A DNA stretch of 64,000 nt from an uncultured candidate division Zixibacteria bacterium (GCA_963702205.1 OY969724.1:3104001-3168000), one strand, 5' to 3'; numbered from the stretch's first letter, positions 10,789-21,314 are shown. Notes: generated by a model from the letters alone, not told the origin. Program-made: numbers and translations.

Positions 10789-11148
10789 CTATTTGACGCT
10801 CACATTCTTTGATCCCGTATTTGCTTGGCCTCGGTTGTTATCGACAGTTACGCCTTTGTAGAGCGTAATTGTTTGGACAATGCAGCGGAAATCGATGTTT
10901 TGGAAAAACCAGATAACGCCAGTACTATATGCACCTGCGTCAGGATCATCCAGATCATCATCCCCATTCGGTGTTGCACCGACATACTCGAGATAACCTC
11001 CGCCATCGCCATCATTACTGCCGACGGTGTCTTCGTCCCACGGGTGTTTATCTGACGTACCCCCGCCGGAAATGGCAACCGGGGCGCTGATGAACACAAA
11101 TGCCAGGATTAGCGCCATAACGAGCGATAATACTTTAGCCAGTTTCAT
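10789..11148 (-). CDS. Small secreted protein with an acidic Gly/Asp-rich segment (HPWDED)
   Basis: AAGGAGG RBS 8 nt before ATG 11148; signal peptide MKLAKVLSLVMALILAFVFISAPVA. Confidence 0.75.
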   Translation of the reverse strand: MKLAKVLSLVMALILAFVFISAPVAISGGGTSDKHPWDEDTVGSNDGDGGGYLEYVGATPNGDDDLDDPDAGAYSTGVIWFFQNIDFRCIVQTITLYKGVTVDNNRGQANTGSKNVSVK

Positions 11149-11270
11149 CAAATTCGCCTCCTTCATGATTCAAACCTCTGCCCTTCGTGATGTGTACTTG
11201 TTGTGACATGATGCTTGTCTTTGTCATTGTGCGGCAAGAGGTCTTTCTGGTCGCAATTTTTGCTACATAT

Positions 11271-11299
11271 ATTTTACGTAAACCCTAATACTTTGTCAA
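11271..11299 (-). promoter_or_regulatory. Sigma70-type promoter for the small secreted protein/TPR-bEBP genes
   Basis: TTGACA-17 nt-TAAAAT on the minus strand. Confidence 0.7.
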
Positions 11300-11340
11300 G
11301 CAGAAAGTTTCGGCAACGCAGTTACTGCGCCGAGGTGTTT

Positions 11341-12480
11341 CTATCGGATGAATTTGCGGGCCAGCCAGCTTCGATCGACAAAAACGGCCTTCGATGGACA
11401 TAATTCGTGGCAGCACCAGCAGTTAATGCAGAGATCATAATTATATTGAGGAATATCGCCTTTTATGCCGGTCAGGGCTTTAGTGGGGCAGGATGCAACA
11501 CAGGTATTGCATTTTGTGCAGTCTTCGGACGCTATAGCCGGACGCACCCACACATACGGAGCGATGGCTTTAACCAGAAATTTTGGCAGTAATTCCAGTT
11601 TACGGTTCGACGTAAGGTCAAAATCGGCGATTCTGACATCATTAAGTTTTTGTCCCACAACGTCTATGGCCTCGACAAAACCGATCCCCAACCCGGCGTC
11701 GCTGGCGATACTTATGGTTGGGACCTTCGACGGCTTAAGGCCGATAATTTCACAGGCGACGGCATCGACCGCCACCGTGTCGGTTGAAGTCAGAATAAGG
11801 TCAGTTCGGCGGGGATAACCGGATGACGGACCATCGCCTTCCATGCTCAAAATGGCATCCATGATAGTCAAATTCGGCGGACAGAGAGATAAAATATCGA
11901 CGACTATTTGAGCGAAATCTGTCGGTTTTGGGGCTTCTTTATGATATTTCGCTTTGCGGAAACCGGGAATCAGCCCGAAAATATTTTTTATGGCACCAGT
12001 CATGAGAGTCAACACGTGGGTTTTGAGTTTGGGCAGGCTAATGATAAAATCGGCCTCGACTGCGGGTTTGGCCAGATAATACGACCGGCTGCCTATTTTG
12101 AATTCGACCACACCGGAAGCTTCGAAACTGACCAGCTCCAGACCCTCTCGCTCGGCCATTTCGAGCATGCCGGTTTTGTCCCAGACATGCCGTACGCCGC
12201 GTTTGGCTCCGCCGGGGGAATTGCCGACCATCACTGTTGCGCCAAGCTTTTTGACTTCGCGCGCCACGGCCGCAACAAATTCCGGGTGGGTTGTGATCGC
12301 CCGGTGCGGTTCCTTGGCCGACAGCAGGTTGGGTTTGAGCAGGACTTTCAGGCCCGGTGTGATAAACTGATCGAGCCCGCCGATGAGAGATAATGATTCT
12401 GAGATTCGTTCGGATAGAAGCTCGGGGTTGTACCCTTCGCACCGGGTAATAGCTACTCGTGAGGCTGGTCCGTCAAGCAT
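11341..12480 (-). CDS. DUF362-family protein with C-terminal 2x[4Fe-4S] ferredoxin domain
   Basis: KVLLKPNLL, PKLKTH, MEGDGPS; CTKCNTCVASCP and CINCWCCHELCP. Confidence 0.9.
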   Translation of the reverse strand: MLDGPASRVAITRCEGYNPELLSERISESLSLIGGLDQFITPGLKVLLKPNLLSAKEPHRAITTHPEFVAAVAREVKKLGATVMVGNSPGGAKRGVRHVWDKTGMLEMAEREGLELVSFEASGVVEFKIGSRSYYLAKPAVEADFIISLPKLKTHVLTLMTGAIKNIFGLIPGFRKAKYHKEAPKPTDFAQIVVDILSLCPPNLTIMDAILSMEGDGPSSGYPRRTDLILTSTDTVAVDAVACEIIGLKPSKVPTISIASDAGLGIGFVEAIDVVGQKLNDVRIADFDLTSNRKLELLPKFLVKAIAPYVWVRPAIASEDCTKCNTCVASCPTKALTGIKGDIPQYNYDLCINCWCCHELCPSKAVFVDRSWLARKFIR

Positions 12481-12530
12481 TTCCCAGAATATACGTCAAG
12501 TGTGAAGAAAAATGAATAAAGAAATTGAAA

Positions 12531-12783
12531 GTAGATCGGGTTCCGAGTTTTCGAGAAACCCGACGTAATTTACAATTACGGGTCAAAGATGTCGGGTTTT
12601 TCATTCCCGTAAAAACGGGAATTCAGAACCCGACCTACTGGAAACTCGAATCTGTCCCGCAGCAAGGGGCTTGTTGAAAAACCAGTAGGTCGGCTTCCGA
12701 ATCCTGACGAAGTCAGGAGAGAAAGCCGACATCTTGTTGTCGGGTTTCTCGTTACGCTTCGCTCCACTCGGAACCCGACCTAA
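12531..12783. repeat. Cluster of four REP-like GTAG palindromes in alternating orientation
   Basis: GTAG(G/A)TCGG(G/C)TT...AA(C/G)CCGAC units at 12531, 12591, 12685 and 12739. Confidence 0.8.
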
Positions 12784-12818
12784 TTCTTGCACCATCCGTG
12801 CACTATTTCAACAAGCCT
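12667..12818. mobile_element. MITE-like element, 152 bp
   Basis: TIRs GGGCTTGTTGAAA / TTTCAACAAGCCT; 4-bp CAAG duplication at 12663-12666 and 12819-12822. Confidence 0.7.
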
Positions 12819-12896
12819 CAAGCTGCGGGCGACCCACTTTTATTAAAAAAGGCAGAATCAATAAGGGGTTCTGCTATGAAGATTGCCTGGCGACAA

Positions 12897-13626
12897 CTAA
12901 GAGTTGACCGGAGTTTTGGCGAAATTCAATTTCGTGATATCAATAAATACATCCGATACGATATTTTCAAGCATATCTGCTTTGACGTCCAGATGTTGAT
13001 GTACTTTGTCAATTGCCTTTTTCCATTCTGATTCGGAACGGGGGCCGTGCATTTGATGATCATTGACGAAATATACAAACACCAGACGGGCATCAATATG
13101 GTTAATCTCTTTGAGAAAGTACAAATGCGCCAGCCGGTTGGCGTACTGGTAGGTACGGCTGGGTCCAGTCGGCATCGGGGACGGCTCCGAAATATTTTTT
13201 CGCTTTATCAAGACTTTGCGAAATCAGATCAATTGATGGCTGCGCCTCTGCCTTCATTTGCGACTTAAGCTCCGATGCATGAGCTTTGGCCTCGATAAGC
13301 AGGATTGTACCGCCCCCGATGCGAGCGAGGCCGTCCCAAACCGGACCGTGGGCGGGCCAGAATGATTTGAGAGGTTTCGCGAGTCTAATGCTTAAAAGCT
13401 CGGCGAAAGCTTCATCGCAGTACTCCGAAAATTGATCGTCGGGTAATGGCGAGAGCCATTCAATGTTTTCGTCATTTGCCAGACGCAAACGTTGACGGAT
13501 TCGTTCATTAATACACTCGCGATTAGAAGTTATAATGCTTTGCAGCCAGTACTGGCTCCCATGATCGGCTTTTTTTTGAATAATTTTCGGTATGGATCCT
13601 CCCCTGTGATTAAAAGACGCTGCCAT
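12897..13626 (-). CDS. Hypothetical protein, possibly PD-(D/E)XK nuclease-like; frameshift at ~13152
   Basis: WDGLA...LIEAK motif; removing one C after GTAC gives ..QPYYQYANRLAHLYFL.. Confidence 0.7.
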
Positions 13627-13976
13627 TTATAAGTATCGACAGCTATAGTTCTAAGCGCTACCAAATCGTGCCAAAATATTTAGAAATAGATCCACAAATT
13701 CATTGACAGTTTCTGACTATGTAAGTTTATGTGCAATAAGTTCAATTATTTGAATTCACGCCTCATAATCCGTGGGATTTAAAGGCATAAATTCTAATGT
13801 GACTTATCTCATAAGAAATTTATTGCTCAACAACTCAATCCAATCTATATTTATATAGAAACCAGAATCTGGGGGCATCGTGGACTTGGCAGTCTTTTAA
13901 TGAATCAGATTCTAAAATAGCCCGGTATGAATACTCGACCGGCCACAGGAAAATTAGCATTTGTGTGAGGTTTGTT

Positions 13977-15030
13977 ATGAAAAAGCTATTGTTTGCTTTA
14001 ACGGTCACGGCGTTAATGTCTCTGGTGACTGCGTGCAGCGATAATATCGCCGTCGGTCCGCAGTCTACAGCGGGCGAGCATCTTCTTTATATCGCTCCGG
14101 CCGAAGGTAATATGATCAGGGTTTTTGCGATCGAGCAAGGAACTTTTATCGACTCCTTGGTTATTGACAGCGCTGCTGTCGACGACACTTTACGCTTGCA
14201 TGTTATCGGCGATGATTCACTCTTGACCGTATCGACCAGGACAAAAACATTTATTGTCGATCTCAGGACGAAAAATGTCATCGGATCATTCGAAGCGACG
14301 CATCCGGTATTCAGCCGGGATTCACGGTTTTATTATACGGCAGGGTCGGTGAGAACATTCCCGGGTCAGCAGGAATTATTCAATCAGCCGGGCGGCATAG
14401 CCCAGGCGAGGTTTTGCAATCAGTCGGAGGTCGTCTCGTTCGTGTATTTTTCAACTATCGATACGGCGAAACTGGTTTTATACAACGTCCTCGCCAATTC
14501 GGTCGGCTATTCGATAAAAAAGATTGGCACGTTTGTTCTTGGACTTCAAATGATGTTTTGCACTCCGTATCCGGTTAACAGACTGGACAAGGTCTTTCTT
14601 AATATCGGGAGTCAATACGGGGCAACCGACTTTTTCACGGATACGGTAAGAATTCTGGATGCGGCCTGGATGGGAGACGGCGCCACACATGTGATCAGTC
14701 CCGATGAAAAATATGCCTTTTTTACAGATGTCGGAGCGAAATTTTGGGGCTATGTTCCCACCGGGTACTTATATGTTTTTGACGCCGCAAGCGAGGATTC
14801 TGTTGCCGCCGTCCATTATCAGGGAATAGACCAGTCGGACCTGCTGTTAGTATCGTACGACAGCAAGTACCCTGATCGCCCGCATGCGCTATGATTACGG
14901 CTTTGGGGATAATACGACATTTTGTCTGATTGACGTCAGGGATTTTTCGGTTGTCGGCGCGTATGATTGCGGTTTCCCGCTGGGTGATATTTCGTCGAAA
15001 TACTGTGCGGTCAACGGGTTGGATTATTAG
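13977..15030 (+). CDS. Lipoprotein, probable beta-propeller (YncE-like); frameshift at ~14871
   Basis: Lipobox VTAC, SPDEKYAF and SRDSRFY repeats; removing one C after GTAC extends it (SKYLIARMR..) to TAG at 15030. Confidence 0.7.
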
Positions 15031-15132
15031 GTAATGACAAAAACCGGCAGGCGAGGCGGCTGCCAGTCACTCGATTTAAAAAGGCAGAACCGCTACCCTT
15101 CAAAAGATCAGGGTCTTCGAAAGGGTCCTGCC

Positions 15133-15224
15133 CGAAGACTGTCCCATAGCAAGCTATGGGCGACCCATTGCCCTACGAAGACTGTCCCATAACAAGCTAA
15201 GGGCGACCATTTCCCTACGAAGAC
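15133..15224. repeat. Tandem repeat of about 43 bp (two copies plus a 7-bp start of a third) with an internal palindrome
   Basis: CGAAGACTGTCCCATAGCAAGCTATGGGCGACC.. at 15133 and 15176; CGAAGAC again at 15218. Confidence 0.8.
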
Positions 15225-15257
15225 AAAAATATATTCATGACTTATTTACAATAAACA

Positions 15258-15977
15258 TCATTCGTCCGGCTGCCAGACTTTCCAGACTTTGCCGACCAGG
15301 TCCGGGCCGGGCTTAAGAGTCGGTTTGCCGGGTTCCCATCCCGCCGGACACGCCTCGGCGCCTTTCATTTTGCGGACGTGCTGGAAGGCGTGCACCTGAC
15401 GGATCGTCTCGCTAATCTTACGACCCACCGGCGGTGTCATCACTTCCATCGCCTGTACGACACCATCAGGGTCAATAATAAACCGCCCGCGGATGTTTAC
15501 GCCGCTGTTTTCGTCGTACACACCGTACACCTTGCCGATATTACCGGAACCGTCGGCCACCATCGGCCATGGAATCCCGCTTTCGGTCATTTTGGTGAGT
15601 TCTTCTTCGTCCCAGATTTTGTGGACGAATGTACTGTCGACACTGATTGACATGACGTCGACGCCGAGCTTCTTCAGCTCCTCGTACTTGCCGGCGACCG
15701 CCGACAATTCGGTGGGTCAGACGAACGTGAAATCGCCCGGATAAAAACAGACCAGCACCCATTTGCCGAGATAATCGGACAGCTTGACGCTGGTAAACTT
15801 TCCCTTGAGGTAGGCAGGGGCTTCGAAATCGGGCGCCTTCCCGCCGACTCGTACTTGTACCATAACTTCCTCCATACTATCTTTGTCGTGATTGGAATCG
15901 CCTTCACCCGGCGGGGACGGTGTCTGCCCGACTACGGTTCCGGTCGGACGGGCACATCCGACATCAGCTTCAGACAT
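15258..15977 (-). CDS. prxU: Selenocysteine-containing peroxiredoxin (AhpC/Prx1 type)
   Basis: [15 protein letters not shown] with the TGA (15717-15719) at the peroxidatic Cys position; the two ORFs are in frame; resolving ACPAGW motif. Confidence 0.92.
15688..15707 (-). promoter_or_regulatory. Bacterial SECIS-like hairpin
   Basis: UUGUCGGC-GGUC-GCCGGCAA starting 9 nt after the UGA. Confidence 0.7.
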
Positions 15978-16151
15978 ATATTGCCTCCCTTCCGTATATG
16001 TCGTTCAAGATTGCGATGCACCGGCGTGCTTCGTATTTTGCTATATTGTATGGATTGTGTCGTTAAAAAGCAAGCCCGAACTGTTTTAAAATGGACAAAT
16101 CGGGCCTAATTTCGACTTATATGGTCCTGTTTAAACTAAGATCGTCTGTCT

Positions 16152-17243
16152 TTAGAATTGGTATGTTGAAATATTCCGCGCGGGCCTTTCCTGATAGGCT
16201 TTGCTGGATATCATTTCCTTGGGCATTTCCAGTCCCATAGTACCACAATATTTTAACGTGCCATCGTCATTGCATATCATACTAAAGTCTATATTTATTC
16301 CCGAGCTTGTATCCGGATTTGTGTTTACAGACCCCATCCTATTCTGTAGTTTGCAGCCCTGATATAAGGCTATGCCGTTAAATCCTTTGCGCAGTTTCGG
16401 AATGAAATCAAATGAAAATGAAAGTACACTACCTTTTCTCAACGGAGCTTTATCGATAGTAGATGCGTCAATATAATCTACATTTAACAATCTCAATATA
16501 GTTTTGTCTATTTCCGACAAATCTTTGTTCGCTTTTAAAGTATAGAAAATGGTTGATCTATTGCCGATCGAAGGTATTGGTTTGATAACGGCATTATACT
16601 CAAAAGGTTGGTTGGATTTTCCAATTTTGGGGGTCATAAAGACAATAGAGTCTTGATTATAAAAAATATTACGAAAATCATGCTTAAGACAATTTTGTTT
16701 TCGGCTAAATCCCGGGAACACCTCACACTTATCAAGGAAACTAAGATTGCCATCTTCATCAAAACAGTAGCCAAAAGCAATTCCGCTATTACGTAACTCC
16801 AAATATCCGCCTAAGTATATAGAAATTCCCCCAAAACCTGCCATATACGGCATAAATTCAAATTCCCCTTGAAATTTGTCTCCAAGTTTATGTGGGCCTG
16901 GCCAGTTAAAAGTTGAATCGCTCAAGAGTAGAGTGGTTGGATAGCAATTTAAATTAATGACCCAGTCTTTTTCAGAATAAAATCCCTTGTTTAGAACTTC
17001 CAATGTAAAATGAACCTTGGTGGGGGTGGCCGGAATAGGTACATTTTCAAATTGAAAATTGCCAATAAAAGGCCTGGGTTCTTTTCCAAAATCAGCCAGA
17101 TATATTGAGTCATAATCAGAAATGCTGGTTCTTATATCACCGGCAAAAATCGAAGATGCGATTTGCAAAAATATCAATAAAATAAATACAAATATGATAT
17201 TCGATTTCTTTCCGTTGTCCGTCCTTTTAATCACGCCAATCAA
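16152..17243 (-). CDS. Low-GC secreted hypothetical protein with an internal domain duplication
   Basis: N-terminal hydrophobic segment; FEFMP..GFGGISIY..CFDEDGNL resembles FDFIP..GFNGIALY..CNDDGTL. Confidence 0.7.
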   Translation of the reverse strand: MIGVIKRTDNGKKSNIIFVFILLIFLQIASSIFAGDIRTSISDYDSIYLADFGKEPRPFIGNFQFENVPIPATPTKVHFTLEVLNKGFYSEKDWVINLNCYPTTLLLSDSTFNWPGPHKLGDKFQGEFEFMPYMAGFGGISIYLGGYLELRNSGIAFGYCFDEDGNLSFLDKCEVFPGFSRKQNCLKHDFRNIFYNQDSIVFMTPKIGKSNQPFEYNAVIKPIPSIGNRSTIFYTLKANKDLSEIDKTILRLLNVDYIDASTIDKAPLRKGSVLSFSFDFIPKLRKGFNGIALYQGCKLQNRMGSVNTNPDTSSGINIDFSMICNDDGTLKYCGTMGLEMPKEMISSKAYQERPARNISTYQF

Positions 17244-17253
17244 GTCCCGATCA

Positions 17254-18792
17254 TTATTGCATAATTATAATATCTATCCGGCGGTTTTTGGCTCTACCCT
17301 CGGCGGTTTTGTTCGACGCCACCGGACGCTCAGAACCGTAACCGATCGACTGAATACGGTCGACCGGGATCTGCATCGCCTGACGCAAGTACTGCATGAC
17401 CGCGAAAGCCCGCTTTTCGGACAGGCGCATGTTGGTTGTGGGTTCGCCGGTATCATCGGTGTGCCCCTCGACCATAACCTTGGAGTTCGGAAACATCTCG
17501 AGGATGGCTTTGATTTTCTCCAGCAGCGGAACATGTTCGTCCTTGATATCGCTGGAACCGACGTCGAACGAGAGTCCGCCCAGGCGCAGGACGATATCGT
17601 TGGTGGCGTTGTATAAAACCTCACCTTCCGACGGCGAAATCATATCCTGGGCCTTCTGGAACTTAGCCTCCTCTTCCTTACGTTCCTCAAGTTCCCCGGC
17701 CATTTCTTTGTGCTCCTGACCCAGGTTTTTCAAATCAGCCTGGCAGGCATCAAGTTGATCGGCCAGTTCTTTTTTATCGGAGACGGTTTTGATCACCGCG
17801 TCTTTAACCATCGTTGCTCGTCCGGGGAAGTCTTCGGTTACGGTCGTGACACCCATCGCGGTCAGGGCCGCTGTCAGGCTTTCGGTCGCCTCGGTGATCT
17901 CACCGTGAGATTCGTCCATCACGTCGCGCATGGCTTTGATTAGATTGATCAGGCTGTCGGCGGCTTTGCCGGGACCTTCATCGAATGGTAGAATTCCGAT
18001 ATGGAATTCATCGGCGACCTGCTGCATTTCGATTTCATAGACGAGAATCAGTTTTTCCCAGGCTTGATCGTTGCGCTCCAATGAGCGAACCATCTGGGCG
18101 ATATTGGTCGAGTGGAGGGCCTCATATTCGGCCAGCGAGGCCTGCGCCAGCGATTCTTTTCTTTCGTAGCGATTGGCGCTCAGAATCGAATCGGCTTTAG
18201 CGCGGGCCTTGACCGCTTTATCGAACGTTGCCAAAGCGTACTTTTTGGCGTCACCGGCGGTCGCTTTTTCGATCAACGAATCAGCTTTGCCCATAATGTC
18301 GACTTTGATGGCGGCCATTTCGGCGGCGTCGAACAGCGGCACCGATTTTTGTGCTTCCTTGATGCCTCCTTTGACGTCTCCCGATTCGACTTTGCCGGTG
18401 GCTTTGACAAATTGAAGTTCACCGTCGAGATATTCTTTGGCGGCCAGGTCACGGGCTTTGGCGTCGATAGCTTTCTGCCTCGGTTCGAGATACTCGACCA
18501 GCGCCAGCCGCGCCACTTCGGTGGCCTTGAGGGCGTTCTCGGCGTATTCGATAGAGTTCTGCAATAGCCGGTTGATCGTATCCGAATTTTTCTTAAGTTC
18601 AATCGCACGCTGGGCCTCTTTGAATTCATTGGCGGCCTTGGTATACGCTTCGGGGGCAAACACTTCGGCTTCGATCGTTTTCATCGAATCGAGCTTGGCA
18701 TTGTAGTCATCGATAAGTGGACGATCCTGGGCCAAAACTTCGGCGGTCAGTGCCAGTATCCCGATGATCGTGAATATCAATATCTTTTTCAT
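17254..18792 (-). CDS. OmpA-family peptidoglycan-binding protein with coiled-coil N-terminus
   Basis: VEGHTDDTG, LSEKRAFAV, GYGSERPVASN, NRRIDI. Confidence 0.9.
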   Translation of the reverse strand: MKKILIFTIIGILALTAEVLAQDRPLIDDYNAKLDSMKTIEAEVFAPEAYTKAANEFKEAQRAIELKKNSDTINRLLQNSIEYAENALKATEVARLALVEYLEPRQKAIDAKARDLAAKEYLDGELQFVKATGKVESGDVKGGIKEAQKSVPLFDAAEMAAIKVDIMGKADSLIEKATAGDAKKYALATFDKAVKARAKADSILSANRYERKESLAQASLAEYEALHSTNIAQMVRSLERNDQAWEKLILVYEIEMQQVADEFHIGILPFDEGPGKAADSLINLIKAMRDVMDESHGEITEATESLTAALTAMGVTTVTEDFPGRATMVKDAVIKTVSDKKELADQLDACQADLKNLGQEHKEMAGELEERKEEEAKFQKAQDMISPSEGEVLYNATNDIVLRLGGLSFDVGSSDIKDEHVPLLEKIKAILEMFPNSKVMVEGHTDDTGEPTTNMRLSEKRAFAVMQYLRQAMQIPVDRIQSIGYGSERPVASNKTAEGRAKNRRIDIIIMQ

Positions 18793-18860
18793 TGTTCAAG
18801 ACTCCTTTTTGATTGCTTCGGTATCGTCATTCTAAATAAATGAAAAAACTACCGCAAGGA

Positions 18861-19737
18861 TTATTGTCGGGCGGGTTTCATTTTACGCTGGACGAGATAA
18901 ACTCCGCCGATGATAAGAAGACCACCGAAATAGCTTAGAATCGTAAGATGCTCGTTCAACAAAATCAGAGCGGTAATAGTCGTGAATATCGGTTCGAGAT
19001 AAATGTAAGCACCGGCGCGCGCCGCACCGAGCCTCGATAACCCGTGCAGCCAGAGCCACTGGGCAATACCCATGGTTAAAATACCGAGGACTATTATCGC
19101 GGCCAGAACACGCGATGGCATAACGGTAAATTTCGACAAATCACTCGTGGCGAGAACTGTACGTAGAAAAACCGATCGCCGGAAGAACCAGCAACGCCAG
19201 AATCATATTAAGGGGGTCGAGCCGCCGGGCGATATTTCGAGTGCTGATGGTATAAACCGTCCAGGTTACGCAGCTGGCGAGAATCATCCAGTCGCCGGTC
19301 GATTTCAGCCAATCCAGTTGTCCCGGGCGACCTTTGGAAACGAGCAACACGACGCCGATGGCAGCGATCAAAATACCGCCCAGCTGAAGTACGCGAAGTT
19401 GCTCGTTGAGGATAAAATATGATGCCACAGCAATAAAAATCGGCGCCGTGGCGATCAGCCAGCCGGTATTGGTGGCGCTGGTATGATTTATGCCATTGAT
19501 CTGAATCAGGAAGTGGAGCGACAGAACCGCCGCAGCGAATAGCAGCACCGGCCAGTCGGAACGGGGAATTTTTAATCGTACTTTTTTCATCGACGCTATA
19601 ATTGCAAGGACGATTACCGCCAGCACCAGACGCCACGTCAGCGTTTCGGCAGGCGTAAGATATTCCAGGGCTATTTTGGTCAGGACAAACGACGCGCCCC
19701 ACAATATCACGACCATCATGAGTTGAAAGTTGGCCAT
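18861..19737 (-). CDS. DMT/EamA transporter; frameshift at ~19160
   Basis: ILWGASF, YLEPIF motifs; the two ORFs join at a GTAC site. Confidence 0.85.
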
Positions 19738-19821
19738 ATAATGTCATCCACCGGGTTTAATTTTATCGACAAGCATAATACCGTTTTCTATATTGGACAG
19801 GCAATATATGAGATTGGTCAT

Positions 19822-20688
19822 ATGGTAAAGCAAAGAACTTTATATTTCACTCTGATATTTGCGACTTTCGCGGTATCCTGGGCGGCGATTCTTATCAAGC
19901 TGTCCGGGGCCGGGCCGTTGGCTAATGCTTATTATCGTATGGCCATCGCATCGATGGTGCTGATTTTCCCGTTCTTGCCGAGGATTCGTCAATTGGCCAG
20001 ACTGAGCCGACGCGAAAAATACCTGCTGTTGCTTTCGGGGCTGATGCTCGGCCTGCATTTTATAACGTGGATCACGTCGCTGTACCATACGACCATTTCC
20101 AATTCTGTCATACTGGTGGCGACCTCGCCGATATTCGTCTTGCTGCTGGACTTCATTATTCTCGGAAAAAAGCCGGAACCGAAAGCCCTTGTTGGAATCC
20201 TGATCGCCATTGTTGGCGTGTTCGCAATATCGGGCGGCGATTTCCGGTTTGGGGAAGATCAATTATATGGTGACCTGCTGGCCCTGTCCGGAGCGGTGTT
20301 TGTTGCGGTGTATCTTTTTATCGGCCGCCGTCTTCGGGAGAAAATCGACAATATTTGCTATATCACGCCGGTTTATTCGGTCGCGGCGCTGACGGTTCTG
20401 ACTGTGGCCCTGATTAACGGTGACAATCTCGTGGAATTTTCGGCCCGGACATGGTTGTACTTCGCACTGTTGGCGCTGGTTCCGATGCTGATGGGCCACT
20501 CGCTGTATAACTGGCTATTAAAATATGTCCCGGCGCATAAAGTCTCGACCACCACGCTGGGCGAACCGATTGGTGCGACGATCCTGGCGATATTTTTCTT
20601 CAACGAAATTCCGGGCTGGGCGACAATAATCGGCGGGCTGTTGATTCTGGCCGGCATTTTTCTGGTGTTGAGGCCATCACGACGATAA
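19822..20688 (+). CDS. DMT/EamA transporter
   Basis: About 10 TM helices, GDLLAL, LGEPIGA. Confidence 0.9.
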   Translation: MVKQRTLYFTLIFATFAVSWAAILIKLSGAGPLANAYYRMAIASMVLIFPFLPRIRQLARLSRREKYLLLLSGLMLGLHFITWITSLYHTTISNSVILVATSPIFVLLLDFIILGKKPEPKALVGILIAIVGVFAISGGDFRFGEDQLYGDLLALSGAVFVAVYLFIGRRLREKIDNICYITPVYSVAALTVLTVALINGDNLVEFSARTWLYFALLALVPMLMGHSLYNWLLKYVPAHKVSTTTLGEPIGATILAIFFFNEIPGWATIIGGLLILAGIFLVLRPSRR

Positions 20689-20719
20689 TTCAACCTTGGG
20701 TAGTGGGTCAGTTTGATTT

Positions 20720-21058
20720 TTACGGATTTAATTTTAATGTATCGTGATTACGAATGCACCTGGCCGTTATTATTTCTAAATTATTTTCATGTTCAATATT
20801 AATGGTCACGTAGAGATCATCGGCGGCCTTTATATATTGTATCGTTCTATCTTGAGGAAGCGGACGTTTATGCATTCCGGGCGTGAATCCTTCTTTTTGT
20901 ATTATTTCAAACGTGTCCCGGATTTTTCGTCGTTTATTTTCGGATGCTTTTTTAAGTTCTTTTGTAAACTTAGACGAAAAAACTATTTTTCGTTGTATGG
21001 GAGGCACGGATTCTTTTTTGGACTCATCCGTTTTCTTGGATTTCTTTTTCTTGGGCAT
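20720..21058 (-). CDS. RelE/ParE-like toxin
   Basis: Basic protein, IVFSSKFTKELKK start, IRNHD end; overlaps the antitoxin gene. Confidence 0.55.
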   Translation of the reverse strand: MPKKKKSKKTDESKKESVPPIQRKIVFSSKFTKELKKASENKRRKIRDTFEIIQKEGFTPGMHKRPLPQDRTIQYIKAADDLYVTINIEHENNLEIITARCIRNHDTLKLNP

Positions 21059-21314
21059 CGAAAAATGCAAGAAGCTCTTCAACTGTATTTACAGTATCAA
21101 ATCGACCATTTTCAATATCTTCGTCTGCTTCACGTTCATGGGCCATCCAATAATCGGCAATAAACCAATTGGGATCATCGCTGAGCGAATAGGCCGCTTT
21201 ACTGGCGGGATAAAAACTGGCCCATGAAGCCCAATATGACGTGGCAAGCGGTTTTGAAACCAGCTTAGCACCTATAACTTGATAATTCGTATTAATCAAA
21301 GCAACATTTGTCAT
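21024..21314 (-). CDS. Putative antitoxin
   Basis: WF...W...EREADEDIENGR...VEELL acidic C-terminal motif of type II antitoxins. Confidence 0.6.
   Translation of the reverse strand: MTNVALINTNYQVIGAKLVSKPLATSYWASWASFYPASKAAYSLSDDPNWFIADYWMAHEREADEDIENGRFDTVNTVEELLAFFDAQEKEIQENG

Noticed and set aside
13657..13674. Sigma54 promoter TTGGCACGATTTGGTA (minus strand)
   Set aside because: Good -24 box but no GC at -12
15133..15224. Possible CRISPR array
   Set aside because: Only two adjacent units, no unique spacers and no cas genes
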